DNA of 64,000 nucleotides from Rhodospirillaceae bacterium (GCA_002721365.1 PBKC01000059.1:12091-76090), one strand, 5' to 3'; positions 10,517 to 18,435 are shown, counted from the stretch's first letter. Notes: generated by a model from the sequence alone, not told the origin. Numbers and translations: made by a program.

Positions 10517-10695
10517 CTAAGCCCCCTCTCTCTGATGCCGACGACCAGCTATCCCCCGAAGAGACGGTAGCGCGTCGCGAGACCATCCTAAAGCGGTTGC
10601 TGAATACGCCGCCGAAGCCGCTGAAGCCGAAGAAGGAGCCGACCGCTGGCGAGAAGCCGAAGCGGGGGCGGCCGAAGAAGGGCAATGGCGGCTAG
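10501..10695 (+). CDS. IS passenger: small basic protein (64 aa)
   Basis: SPEETVARRETILKRLLNTPPKP, then a K/R/P-rich tail with KRGRPKK (AT-hook-like). No clear SD. Confidence 0.55.
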   Translation: MPKQTSKPPLSDADDQLSPEETVARRETILKRLLNTPPKPLKPKKEPTAGEKPKRGRPKKGNGG

Positions 10696-10699
10696 AGCG

Positions 10700-11083
10700 T
10701 CAGCGCCGCCCTTTTCTGGCGTCGGCCCAGCTGTTTCCGGCAGCGCGTTCGTTATGTGCATCGACCGAGTCGTACATTTCGAAATGCTGTTCGGAAGGAA
10801 TCTGCTTGCCGCAGCTCGGACACTTGAAGACCTCATCGCCATATCTCGGGTGGTAGCCGTGGCTGAGCATCGGGTTCGGCGGGAACGTGCATTGGCATAG
10901 CTTGTAGCCGAGCGATTGTGCGAGCTGCGCCTCGCTGGCGCGCAGGGCCTTCTCCGCTTGCTCCAAGCGTTGTTGAGCGGCGTCAGCGTCAGGTCCCTTC
11001 GGGAGAAGTGCGCTCAGTGACCTGAGAATATCTAAAACGTCCTTAGATGCCCGGATGTATTCGGAGATTTGGCTCATATCCAT
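10700..11083 (-). CDS. IS passenger: Zn-ribbon-containing hypothetical protein (~127 aa)
   Basis: AAGGAG SD before ATG 11083; helical N-terminus, then GYKLCQCTFPP...FKCPSCG (CxC...CxxC). Confidence 0.75.
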   Translation of the reverse strand: MDMSQISEYIRASKDVLDILRSLSALLPKGPDADAAQQRLEQAEKALRASEAQLAQSLGYKLCQCTFPPNPMLSHGYHPRYGDEVFKCPSCGKQIPSEQHFEMYDSVDAHNERAAGNSWADARKGRR

Positions 11084-11311
11084 GGTTGGAACGACTCCTT
11101 CGGCTCGGGCATCATCGCCAGAAACGGCTGCGGCTTTCGCGGAAACGCTTATAAAGGCGCGGGCGGCACACGCAGGTGACATTGTGCCGCTATTTGCCGC
11201 CTTTGTGGGACTCGTTTTTCAGCGAGATGAGGCAGTCGGTGCGGACTGCCTCACGGCCCTGGATCGTTGGCTTTGCGACGACGCCACCGCCGGAAGTGCT
11301 TCGCCTTCTGC

Positions 11312-12241
11312 CTAGGCGTCTGCGGCTTGACGAGGTTGCCTATAGGTCAACCGCTTGCCTTCGATGCCTTTGAGGGCCTTGGCGGCGCGTTCGGCATCCT
11401 CGACGCCGAGGGCGGACCGCTCGTTGTGGCGGAAGTCGAACTCGCACAGATACCGCTTCAAATGAGCTTCCGAGACGTGGTGATAGGTCCCGTAAATCCC
11501 GCGCTTCAGGGTCGAGAAATAGCTTTCGACGGTGTTGGTGTGCCAGAAGCCGCCACGGACATATTCGTCGATGCTGTGGTTCACATGGCCGTGGCCGGCG
11601 AATTCCTTGCCGACCGCCGTGTAGGTCGGTGCCTCATCGGTCATCAGGTAGCTCTTGCGGCTGGCCTGGGTGACGAGGGTTTCGCGGACGTTCTTCGCGG
11701 TGACGTTGGCGACGTGCGTTGACCGGACGCGGCCGTCGCGCTCGACGAGGGACATGACGGCCTCTTTCTTCGGCGGCTTCTTGAAGGCGCGGTTCTTCGC
11801 CTTGCCGCCGATGTAGGTTTCATCGGCCTCGACGACCTTGTTCTCGCCACCGAGCGGCGTATCGCTGTTGTCGCGCATCGCCTCGCGGATGCGGTGGGCC
11901 AGGAACCACGCCGTCTTGTAGGTGACGCCGAGCATGCGGTGGAGCTGGTGGGCGGACATGCCCTTCTTGCTCGACGCCATCAAATGCATCGCCAGAAGCC
12001 ACTTGTTCAACGGAATGTGGCTCCGCTCCATCACGGTGCCGGTGCGGACGGTGAACTTGCCCCGGCAATCGTTGCACAGGAACATGCCGGCCTGGGTCTT
12101 CCCGCCCATGCGGCGGATATTGCCGGAACCGCAGTGAGGGCAGGTGACGCCATCGGGCCAGCGGGACGCCTCGATATGGGCGCGGGCGGCTTCGGCGTTC
12201 TGAAAGATCGGGTCGAAAAGGTTGGTGGTCGTCATGGTCAT
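11312..12241 (-). CDS. IS1595-family transposase (Zn ribbon + ISXO2-like DDE)
   Basis: CPHCG...CNDC, VEADETYIGG, LMTDE, VNHS..EYVRG..HTNTVESYF, HLKRYLCEFDFRHN. Confidence 0.96.
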   Translation of the reverse strand: MTMTTTNLFDPIFQNAEAARAHIEASRWPDGVTCPHCGSGNIRRMGGKTQAGMFLCNDCRGKFTVRTGTVMERSHIPLNKWLLAMHLMASSKKGMSAHQLHRMLGVTYKTAWFLAHRIREAMRDNSDTPLGGENKVVEADETYIGGKAKNRAFKKPPKKEAVMSLVERDGRVRSTHVANVTAKNVRETLVTQASRKSYLMTDEAPTYTAVGKEFAGHGHVNHSIDEYVRGGFWHTNTVESYFSTLKRGIYGTYHHVSEAHLKRYLCEFDFRHNERSALGVEDAERAAKALKGIEGKRLTYRQPRQAADA

Positions 12242-12300
12242 GCTCCTGTCTTGATAGGAACATGATATCTCTAGGCTGCTAAGTCAAGTATATAATCGCC

Positions 12301-12718
12301 GAAAATAACATGTCGCGCGCGCAGTTCTTCCATTACCTTCTATAAAAGGGTGAATCCAGTTCAGACGCCAAAGCCCGTAGGCTGCGAGCTCTGTCGGAGT
12401 CCAAATATACCAATTTTCCTGGACCGTCGAAATAAACCGATCCATCCACTCATCAACCTCATTAAAGTGAGGCGGTTTATGGTCTCCAACATAGATTGGC
12501 TCTCTGCGAAAGCGCCCTCCAAACTGGGATATATTAGAAACTGCCACATGATTGAGAGCCCACAGAAGGTATTTATCAAAAGATACCGGCCCCTTCTTTA
12601 AGCCAATTTCTATGCAGTTTGTCATCAAGTCATACTGACGGTTCAGGTTTTGCTCCTGAATCCTATCGAATAACTCCTGGTCTTCTTGTTCCAGAACAAA
12701 TATTGCAAGAAAGATGCT
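12301..12718 (-). pseudogene. Fic-domain gene, 5' fragment containing the catalytic motif
   Basis: HPFIEGNGRTAR matches canonical HxFx(D/E)GNGRxxR. Truncated by the IS directly after the motif; visibly AT-rich. The frame is open back to the TGA at 12719-12721, with no ATG/GTG/TTG before 12628. Confidence 0.9.
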
Positions 12719-12934
12719 TCAGTTAGGGCCCTTTGTGATCCGAATCCGTCCGGCCGATTCTCTCGCAGACTCCTTGGTGATTCGGGACCCCTTCGGAGCA
12801 TTGCCATAGACGAAACTCGCGCGCTGCTCCATCAGTTGCTGATCAGTCAGGACCACCGTCTTTGCCCGCTCTAAAAGAGACTGCAACCCAGGGCGCTCGG
12901 GTGCACGCCGAAAAGCTGCCTTCCGTTCCGCCAT
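12719..12934 (-). CDS. Small protein upstream of fic, putative antitoxin (71 aa)
   Basis: Strong SD (GGAGGAAGAAGGA); EQRASFVYGN...RITKE; position and size fit a class I Fic antitoxin. Confidence 0.7.
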   Translation of the reverse strand: MAERKAAFRRAPERPGLQSLLERAKTVVLTDQQLMEQRASFVYGNAPKGSRITKESARESAGRIRITKGPN

Positions 12935-12946
12935 TCCTTCTTCCTC

Positions 12947-13012
12947 CTACTCCTTCAACGTCCTGAGAGACTGTGTATATGGCATCCCTCGTTGCGGTCG
13001 TTTAGACCACAT
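12947..13012 (-). CDS. 21-aa micro-ORF MWSKRPQRGMPYTQSLRTLKE
   Basis: GAGGAG SD 8 nt upstream of ATG 13012; the TAG abuts the SD of the next gene. Below the ORF-track length cut-off. Confidence 0.5.
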   Translation of the reverse strand: MWSKRPQRGMPYTQSLRTLKE

Positions 13013-13041
13013 GTATGCACCTCCTCGTGGGGAAACACCAT

Positions 13042-13055
13042 AATCCCGCGGGATT
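13042..13055. promoter_or_regulatory. Perfect 14-bp palindrome, candidate operator of the Fic islet
   Basis: AATCCCGCGGGATT lies just upstream of a TATGGT -10-like hexamer on the minus strand. Confidence 0.35.
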
Positions 13056-13143
13056 TTGTGGGAACAAAAATTGGTTCAACCGCGCCTCAGGAACCTTAAC
13101 GCAACGCTACGTTTACGTCTCAACCGGCCCAAATTCTTGCGAT

Positions 13144-13803
13144 TTACCGTCTTATTGGCGCCAAGGCACCCAGGAAGTCGCGGATCAGGGCCGCGCTTTT
13201 CCGGCCCGGCGCCTCTTCGACGCCGGACGATACGTCGACATGGGTCGCACCGCTGACCCTCACCGCTTCGGCGACGTTCTCCGGCGTAAGTCCACCGGAC
13301 AGCATCCAGGGGGCCTGAATCTCGACACCGTGGAGCAACCGCCACTCGAAGGCGAGGCCATTGCCGCCCGGCAGGGCGTTCTCATCCTTCGGCGGCTTGG
13401 CGTCGAACAGCAGCCAGTCGGCCACGGACAGGTACTCCGAAGCGCGGTCGAGATCGGCCGGCTCCGACACCGCGACGGCCTTCATCACCGGCCGGCCCGT
13501 ACGGGCACGGACGGCGGCCACGCGCTCCGGCGTCTCGGCCCCGTGAAGCTGGAGCATCCCCAGCGGCACGTCCGCGAGAACGCTCTCGAGCAGGGCGTCA
13601 TCCGGGTCGACGAAGACGCCGACACTAGTCACCGTTTCCGGCAGGCTCGCCGCGAGACGCCCGGCAACCTGCGGCTCGACGGCGCGCGGCGAGCGGGGGA
13701 AGAACACGAAGCCGACATGGCTGGCACCGCCGGTTACCGCAGCCTCGACGGTTTCGGGCGTCTTGAGGCCACAGATCTTGGCGCGAACCGGCCCTGACCT
13801 CAC
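13144..13803 (-). CDS. trpF: Phosphoribosylanthranilate isomerase
   Basis: KICGLK, GFVFFPRSPR, LQLHG, LLFDAK, GGNG, LSGGL, DVSSGVE; GTG start overlaps the pyrF stop (GTGA). Confidence 0.96.
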   Translation of the reverse strand: MRSGPVRAKICGLKTPETVEAAVTGGASHVGFVFFPRSPRAVEPQVAGRLAASLPETVTSVGVFVDPDDALLESVLADVPLGMLQLHGAETPERVAAVRARTGRPVMKAVAVSEPADLDRASEYLSVADWLLFDAKPPKDENALPGGNGLAFEWRLLHGVEIQAPWMLSGGLTPENVAEAVRVSGATHVDVSSGVEEAPGRKSAALIRDFLGALAPIRR

Positions 13804-14531
13804 GCCGTCACGGACTCCATTTCGTCGACGATGCGGCGGGCAGCCGCGACCGGGTCGTCGGACCGGGGGATCGGCCTGCCGACCACCAGATAGTCCGCGC
13901 CCTGGGCCAAGGCCTCGGCCGGCGGCACGATCCGCTTCTGGTCGTCCGACGATGACCAGCCCGGCCGAATGCCCGGCACCACCAGCAGGAAATCGTCCCC
14001 GCACAGGTCACGCAACATCGCGATCTCATGCGCGGAAGCGACGATACCGTCGAGCCCGCAGTCCAGAGCGAGCTTTGCCAGACGCTTCACCTGCTCCTGC
14101 ACGGGCCCCTGCATGCCGACGGCAGCGACGTCGTCTTCATCGAAGCTGGTCAGCACCGTCACGCCCAGCACTTTCGGCCGCGGAATCCCGTAGCTGTTCG
14201 CCGCCCTGACGGCGGCCCCGGCCGCGGCCCGCATCATGGCGGGCCCGCCGGTCGCATGGACGGTGATCATCATCGGCGCCGTTATCGCCGCCATGCGCAA
14301 AGCGCCGGCGACGGTATTCGGAATGTCGCAGAGCTTGAGATCGAGAAAGACCGGAACGCCGAGCTCCGACACGGCCCGCACGCCCTCCGGCCCGTTGGCG
14401 ATGAAGAACTCGAGTCCGAGCTTCACCGCTCCGACCGAGTCCTTCAGGGATCCGGCAAGATCGACGGCAACACCGAGCTCGCCGGTATCAATCGCGCAAA
14501 TGAGCTGACTTGCCCTGCCCGAACTGGTCAT
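13800..14531 (-). CDS. pyrF: Orotidine-5'-phosphate decarboxylase
   Basis: VFLDLKLCDIPNTV, VVPGIRP, DDQKR, VVGRPI. Confidence 0.96.
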   Translation of the reverse strand: MTSSGRASQLICAIDTGELGVAVDLAGSLKDSVGAVKLGLEFFIANGPEGVRAVSELGVPVFLDLKLCDIPNTVAGALRMAAITAPMMITVHATGGPAMMRAAAGAAVRAANSYGIPRPKVLGVTVLTSFDEDDVAAVGMQGPVQEQVKRLAKLALDCGLDGIVASAHEIAMLRDLCGDDFLLVVPGIRPGWSSSDDQKRIVPPAEALAQGADYLVVGRPIPRSDDPVAAARRIVDEMESVTA

Positions 14532-14714
14532 GGCGCCCTCCTCGACTTCCATGGCGATAGTTCCGCCGTGACACCCAAGCGCACACCACGGCCGCGGATC
14601 GGCCATCGGATCGGGCCGCCGCGTCTTGGTGGGCAGTGCACAATAACAGAGACGGACCGCGGGAACATCAGAGTCGGCGGGACAGCACCTAATTGCCGTC
14701 AGCCCATTGTAATA

Positions 14715-15011
14715 TCAGTTTCTTTTGGCCTTAGAGGTGGCGGTTTCCGTGTCTCCGCCCGCGGCCATGGCGCCATAGGTGCAGCCGCCCGGAGCGCAGG
14801 TGACTTGGGCCGTTGCACCGCCTTCGCACTGGACCTCGTATGTGAGATCACCGTTCTCCGCCTGGCCGCTTTCATTGATGGAGACGACCGAACATCCCGC
14901 CGATTCAGCCGCGTCCGTCGCCATCTGCGTGTACTCGACCATCGCCGTGGCAGGCATCGCCAGAACCACGATGCCACCGGCCAGCTGAAACATTTTCCCG
15001 ATTCTCTTCAT
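14715..15011 (-). CDS. Small secreted Cys-containing hypothetical protein
   Basis: Signal peptide (..LAMPATA) and four Cys; SD AAAGGAAG. Confidence 0.65.
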   Translation of the reverse strand: MKRIGKMFQLAGGIVVLAMPATAMVEYTQMATDAAESAGCSVVSINESGQAENGDLTYEVQCEGGATAQVTCAPGGCTYGAMAAGGDTETATSKAKRN

Positions 15012-15136
15012 CGAAATTCTTCCTTTCCTGGATCTAAGGAAACATCCGGCGGATGGAGTGCGCTGCGCCCGTATTCGCCGGGGACCGAGTCCGAATTCCG
15101 CCGGACATCGCCTGGACGAAAGCGTAAGTAGGTCGC

Positions 15137-16648
15137 ATGACGATCGACGACGATATCTGCTACCGCGCTCTCAGCACCCGCGATCGGCGATTCGACGGCG
15201 GGTTCTTTACCGGCGTGCGGTCGACCGGCGTGTTCTGCCGGCCGATTTGCCCGGCACCAACGCCGAAGCGCGAAAACTGCACCTTCTTCCCGAGCGCCGC
15301 CGCCGCGCATGCCGCGGGGTTCCGCCCCTGCCTCCGCTGCCGGCCCGAAGCCGCCCCCGGAACGCCTGCCTGGGCGGGGACATCGGCGACGGTGTCCCGC
15401 GCGATGCGACTGATCGAGGCCGGCGCCCTGGACGAAGGGAACCTGCCCGCGCTGTGCGAACGGCTGGGGGTCGGCGAACGCCATCTGCGGCGCCTTTTCC
15501 TCACCCATGTCGGCGCCACGCCGACGGCGCTGGCCCAGATGCGCCGCGCCCTGTTCGCCAAGAAGCTGCTCGACGAAACCGGACTTACGATGACCGAGAT
15601 CGCCTATGCGGCGGGCTATGCCAGCGTCCGCCGCTTCAACGAGGCGTTCCAGCGCACCTACGGCCGCCCGCCAACCGCCATTCGCCGCAGCAAGCGAAAC
15701 ATGGCTGAAGGAGGCACGATCGCTCTCCGACTTCCGTTCCGGCCGCCCTATGCCTGGTCGGCGCTGCTGGACCATCTGGGCCCGCGAGCGATCCCCGGTG
15801 TCGAAACCGTAAGCGGGGGCCGCTATCGCCGAACCATCGCGATCGGCGCGACGACGGGCACGGTCGAAATCGGGATGGGCGAAAGCGGCGACCATCTTAC
15901 CGCGCGTCTTCGCCTTTCGACCTCGGTTCCGCTGATCCGGGTCGTCGAGCGGCTGAAGCGCCAGTTCGACCTCGGCGCCGACCCGGCGGCGATCGCCACC
16001 CATCTCGGCGGCGACGCCCGTCTCGGCCCGGCCGTGGCCGCCATGCCGGGCCTGCGGGTGACCGGCGCCTGGGACCCCTTCGAGCTCGCGGTCCGCGCGA
16101 TCCTCGGCCAGCAGATCAGCGTCGCCGCCGCGACCACGCTCGCCGGACGTATGGCGTCGGCCTTCGGGCGCCAGGTGGAGAGCGCGGACGATGCCCTTTC
16201 CCATCTGTTCCCGACGCCCGAGGCGCTGGCCGACGCCGACCTGACGACGATCGGCGTGATCCGCGCCCGCTCCGAGACCATCATGCGCCTGGCGCGGGCC
16301 GTGGCGGAGGGCACCCTCATCCTCGACGGACGCGGTTCGCTGGACGAGAAGATCGCTGCCCTTCGCGAGATCCCCGGCATCGGTCCGTGGACCGCGAGCT
16401 ACGTCGCCATGCGCGGCCTCGGTGAGCCGGACGCCTTTCCCGAGGGCGACCTCGGTCTGAGACGTGCGTTCGGCGGCGCCGCCCCGGCATCGGCCGGCGC
16501 ACTGCGTGAAGCGGCGGAAGCCTGGCGACCTTGGCGCGCCTACGCGGCCATGTATCTGTGGCGGTCGGGCACATCCCTGGGCGAACCGGAAAGCAGCACG
16601 CGACATCAGCCTCTTGCAGTGGGAGCAACGAATGAAGCTGGTCTATGA
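15137..16648 (+). CDS. alkA: Ada Zn-binding/AraC HTH fused to AlkA DNA-3-methyladenine glycosylase
   Basis: TGVFCRPICPA, GFRPCLRCRPE, AraC HTH, HhH IPGIGPWTA, DAFPEGD. Confidence 0.93.
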   Translation: MTIDDDICYRALSTRDRRFDGGFFTGVRSTGVFCRPICPAPTPKRENCTFFPSAAAAHAAGFRPCLRCRPEAAPGTPAWAGTSATVSRAMRLIEAGALDEGNLPALCERLGVGERHLRRLFLTHVGATPTALAQMRRALFAKKLLDETGLTMTEIAYAAGYASVRRFNEAFQRTYGRPPTAIRRSKRNMAEGGTIALRLPFRPPYAWSALLDHLGPRAIPGVETVSGGRYRRTIAIGATTGTVEIGMGESGDHLTARLRLSTSVPLIRVVERLKRQFDLGADPAAIATHLGGDARLGPAVAAMPGLRVTGAWDPFELAVRAILGQQISVAAATTLAGRMASAFGRQVESADDALSHLFPTPEALADADLTTIGVIRARSETIMRLARAVAEGTLILDGRGSLDEKIAALREIPGIGPWTASYVAMRGLGEPDAFPEGDLGLRRAFGGAAPASAGALREAAEAWRPWRAYAAMYLWRSGTSLGEPESSTRHQPLAVGATNEAGL

Positions 16649-17162
16649 CGAAATCGAATCACCGATCGGCATCGTCCTGCTGATCCTGCGCGACGATGCG
16701 GTGTGCACCCTCGATTTCAGCGACTGCGCCGATCGTAGCCGCCGCCTGCTGACCACCCGCTTCGGCGCGGTCGAGCCGGTGCGTGCGGCGAAGCGGCCGT
16801 CGGCCTCCGAGCGGGTATCGGCCTATTTCGCCGGCGAAGTCGATGCCCTGGACGACATCACCGTCGCCGCGGGGGGAACCCCGTTTCAAGAACAGGTCTG
16901 GGCAGCACTGCGTCGGATCCCGGCTGGGCAGACCGCCACCTATGGCAACATCGCCGCCGCCATCGGCAGCCCGAAGGCGATGCGTGCCGTCGGGATGGCC
17001 AACAACCGCAATCCGATCGCTCTGATCGTCCCTTGCCACAGAGTGATCGGTGCAGACGGCTCACTCACAGGCTATGCCGGTGGGCTCGACCGAAAGCGCT
17101 GGCTTCTGGAGCATGAGGGCGCGCTGTTGCCGATGGGAGGCGCCCTCGCGGCGTCGGCCTGA
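16632..17162 (+). CDS. ogt: Methylated-DNA--protein-cysteine methyltransferase
   Basis: IVPCHRVIG active site, GYAGG; overlaps the alkA end. Confidence 0.95.
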   Translation: MKLVYDEIESPIGIVLLILRDDAVCTLDFSDCADRSRRLLTTRFGAVEPVRAAKRPSASERVSAYFAGEVDALDDITVAAGGTPFQEQVWAALRRIPAGQTATYGNIAAAIGSPKAMRAVGMANNRNPIALIVPCHRVIGADGSLTGYAGGLDRKRWLLEHEGALLPMGGALAASA

Positions 17163-17216
17163 CCCGCCTATACTCCCATCGCCGGCCGTTAGGGCCAGGG
17201 ACAAGGGAGGCAGGAC

Positions 17217-17984
17217 ATGCGCGGCAATGCGGTAAAGGACAAGCTGAAGGGCGGCGGCACCGCCTTCGGCACCATGATCTTCGAGTTCGACAGCCCCGGG
17301 CTGCCGACGATCCTCGCCAATGCCGGCGCCGACTATGTCATCTACGACATGGAGCACAGCGGCCTGTCGGTCACCGACATCAAGCGCCAGATCGCCTACT
17401 GCCGCGGCCTCGACCTCGTGCCGCTGGTCCGACCGGGCAAGAAGACCTACGCCGAATGCGCGCGCCTTCTCGACGTCGGCGCGATGGGCCTGATGCTGCC
17501 GATGGTCGAGACCCGCGAGGAGGCCGAGGCCATCGCGTCCTGGGTCCGCTATCCGCCGCACGGCGTCCGCGGTGCGATCTTCGGCGGCGCCCATGACGAC
17601 TACACGGGCGGCGACGTCGCCGCGAAGATGAAGGCGGCCGACGCCCGCACCATGGTCATCGTCCTGATCGAGACCAAGAAGGGCCTGGAGAACGTCGAGG
17701 AGATCCTGTCGGTCGACGGCATCGACGCCGCCCACCTCGGCCAGTTCGACCTGTCACTGTCGATGGGCATCCCCGCCGCCTTCGACCGGCCCGAATTTCA
17801 GGCCGCGATCGACCGCCTGCTCGCAGCCTGCGAGAAGACCGGCAAGATCCCGGCCTGCATGGCCACCGACGTCGCTACGGCCAAGGAATGGATGGGACGC
17901 GGCTTCCGCATGGTCGGCTATTCGTTCGACATCGCCTTGCTCGGCGGCGCGCTGCGGCAAGGGCTGGACAGCCTGAAAAGCTGA
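17217..17984 (+). CDS. HpcH/HpaI aldolase family
   Basis: DMEH, RLLDVGAMG, RYPPHGVRG, VLIET, HLGQFDLS. Confidence 0.9.
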   Translation: MRGNAVKDKLKGGGTAFGTMIFEFDSPGLPTILANAGADYVIYDMEHSGLSVTDIKRQIAYCRGLDLVPLVRPGKKTYAECARLLDVGAMGLMLPMVETREEAEAIASWVRYPPHGVRGAIFGGAHDDYTGGDVAAKMKAADARTMVIVLIETKKGLENVEEILSVDGIDAAHLGQFDLSLSMGIPAAFDRPEFQAAIDRLLAACEKTGKIPACMATDVATAKEWMGRGFRMVGYSFDIALLGGALRQGLDSLKS

Positions 17985-18016
17985 ACGATCTCGACGTTCG
18001 CCGATGTCACGCGACC

Positions 18017-18030
18017 TTGACCTGGGTCAG
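18017..18030. promoter_or_regulatory. Candidate FNR/FixK box
   Basis: TTGAcctgggTCAG matches 7/8 of TTGA-N6-TCAA, about 90 bp upstream of a cytochrome c gene. Confidence 0.5.
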
Positions 18031-18117
18031 TGCACCTTGCGATCAATCGGTTTAGCTACAGTATTGATGAAAGGGGCGCGCAGGCCCCTGGAGGCAACAA
18101 GAACCAACGAGGTCAAC

Positions 18118-18435
18118 ATGCGGTTCATCGCGACAAGCGCGCTTCTCGGCATCTTCGCAGCGGGATCGGCCCAGGCAGCCGATATGGATGCGGGCGCCGC
18201 CCTGGCCGAGAAATGGTGCAGCAGCTGCCATGTGGTGTCGCCCGACCAGGAAATGGCGGCGCAGGATGGCGTGCCGACGTTCATGGCCCTGGCCGACGAC
18301 CCGACCAAGAGCACGGACGAACTGGCGGCCTTCATGCAGGCCCCGCACCCGCCGATGCCGGACATGAGCCTGACCCGGCGCGAGGTCGGCGATCTGGTCG
18401 CCTACATCGAGAGCCTGAAGACCGAGAAAGAATAG
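18118..18435 (+). CDS. Class I monoheme cytochrome c
   Basis: Signal peptide, CSSCH, distal PHPPMP. Confidence 0.9.
   Translation: MRFIATSALLGIFAAGSAQAADMDAGAALAEKWCSSCHVVSPDQEMAAQDGVPTFMALADDPTKSTDELAAFMQAPHPPMPDMSLTRREVGDLVAYIESLKTEKE

Larger units (their letters stand above)
9762..12300 (-). mobile_element. IS1595-family element (ISNwi-type ends) with passenger genes, 2539 bp
   Basis: TIRs GGCAATTATATACTTTACTTAGC (9762-9784) and rev-comp GGCGATTATATACTTGACTTAGC (12278-12300) match 21/23. 8-bp direct repeat GAAAATAA at 9754-9761 and 12301-12308. Contains a DDE transposase. Confidence 0.95.

Noticed and set aside
12947-13012. Micro-ORF as a TrpL attenuator for trpBA
   Set aside because: Only one Trp codon, no terminator/antiterminator seen, and 3.5 kb from trpB. 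Kept as a Fic-cassette peptide instead.
9430-13143. Direct repeats bounding the outer Fic cassette
   Set aside because: Only a trivial 6-bp TTTGGG match was found, which is not significant.
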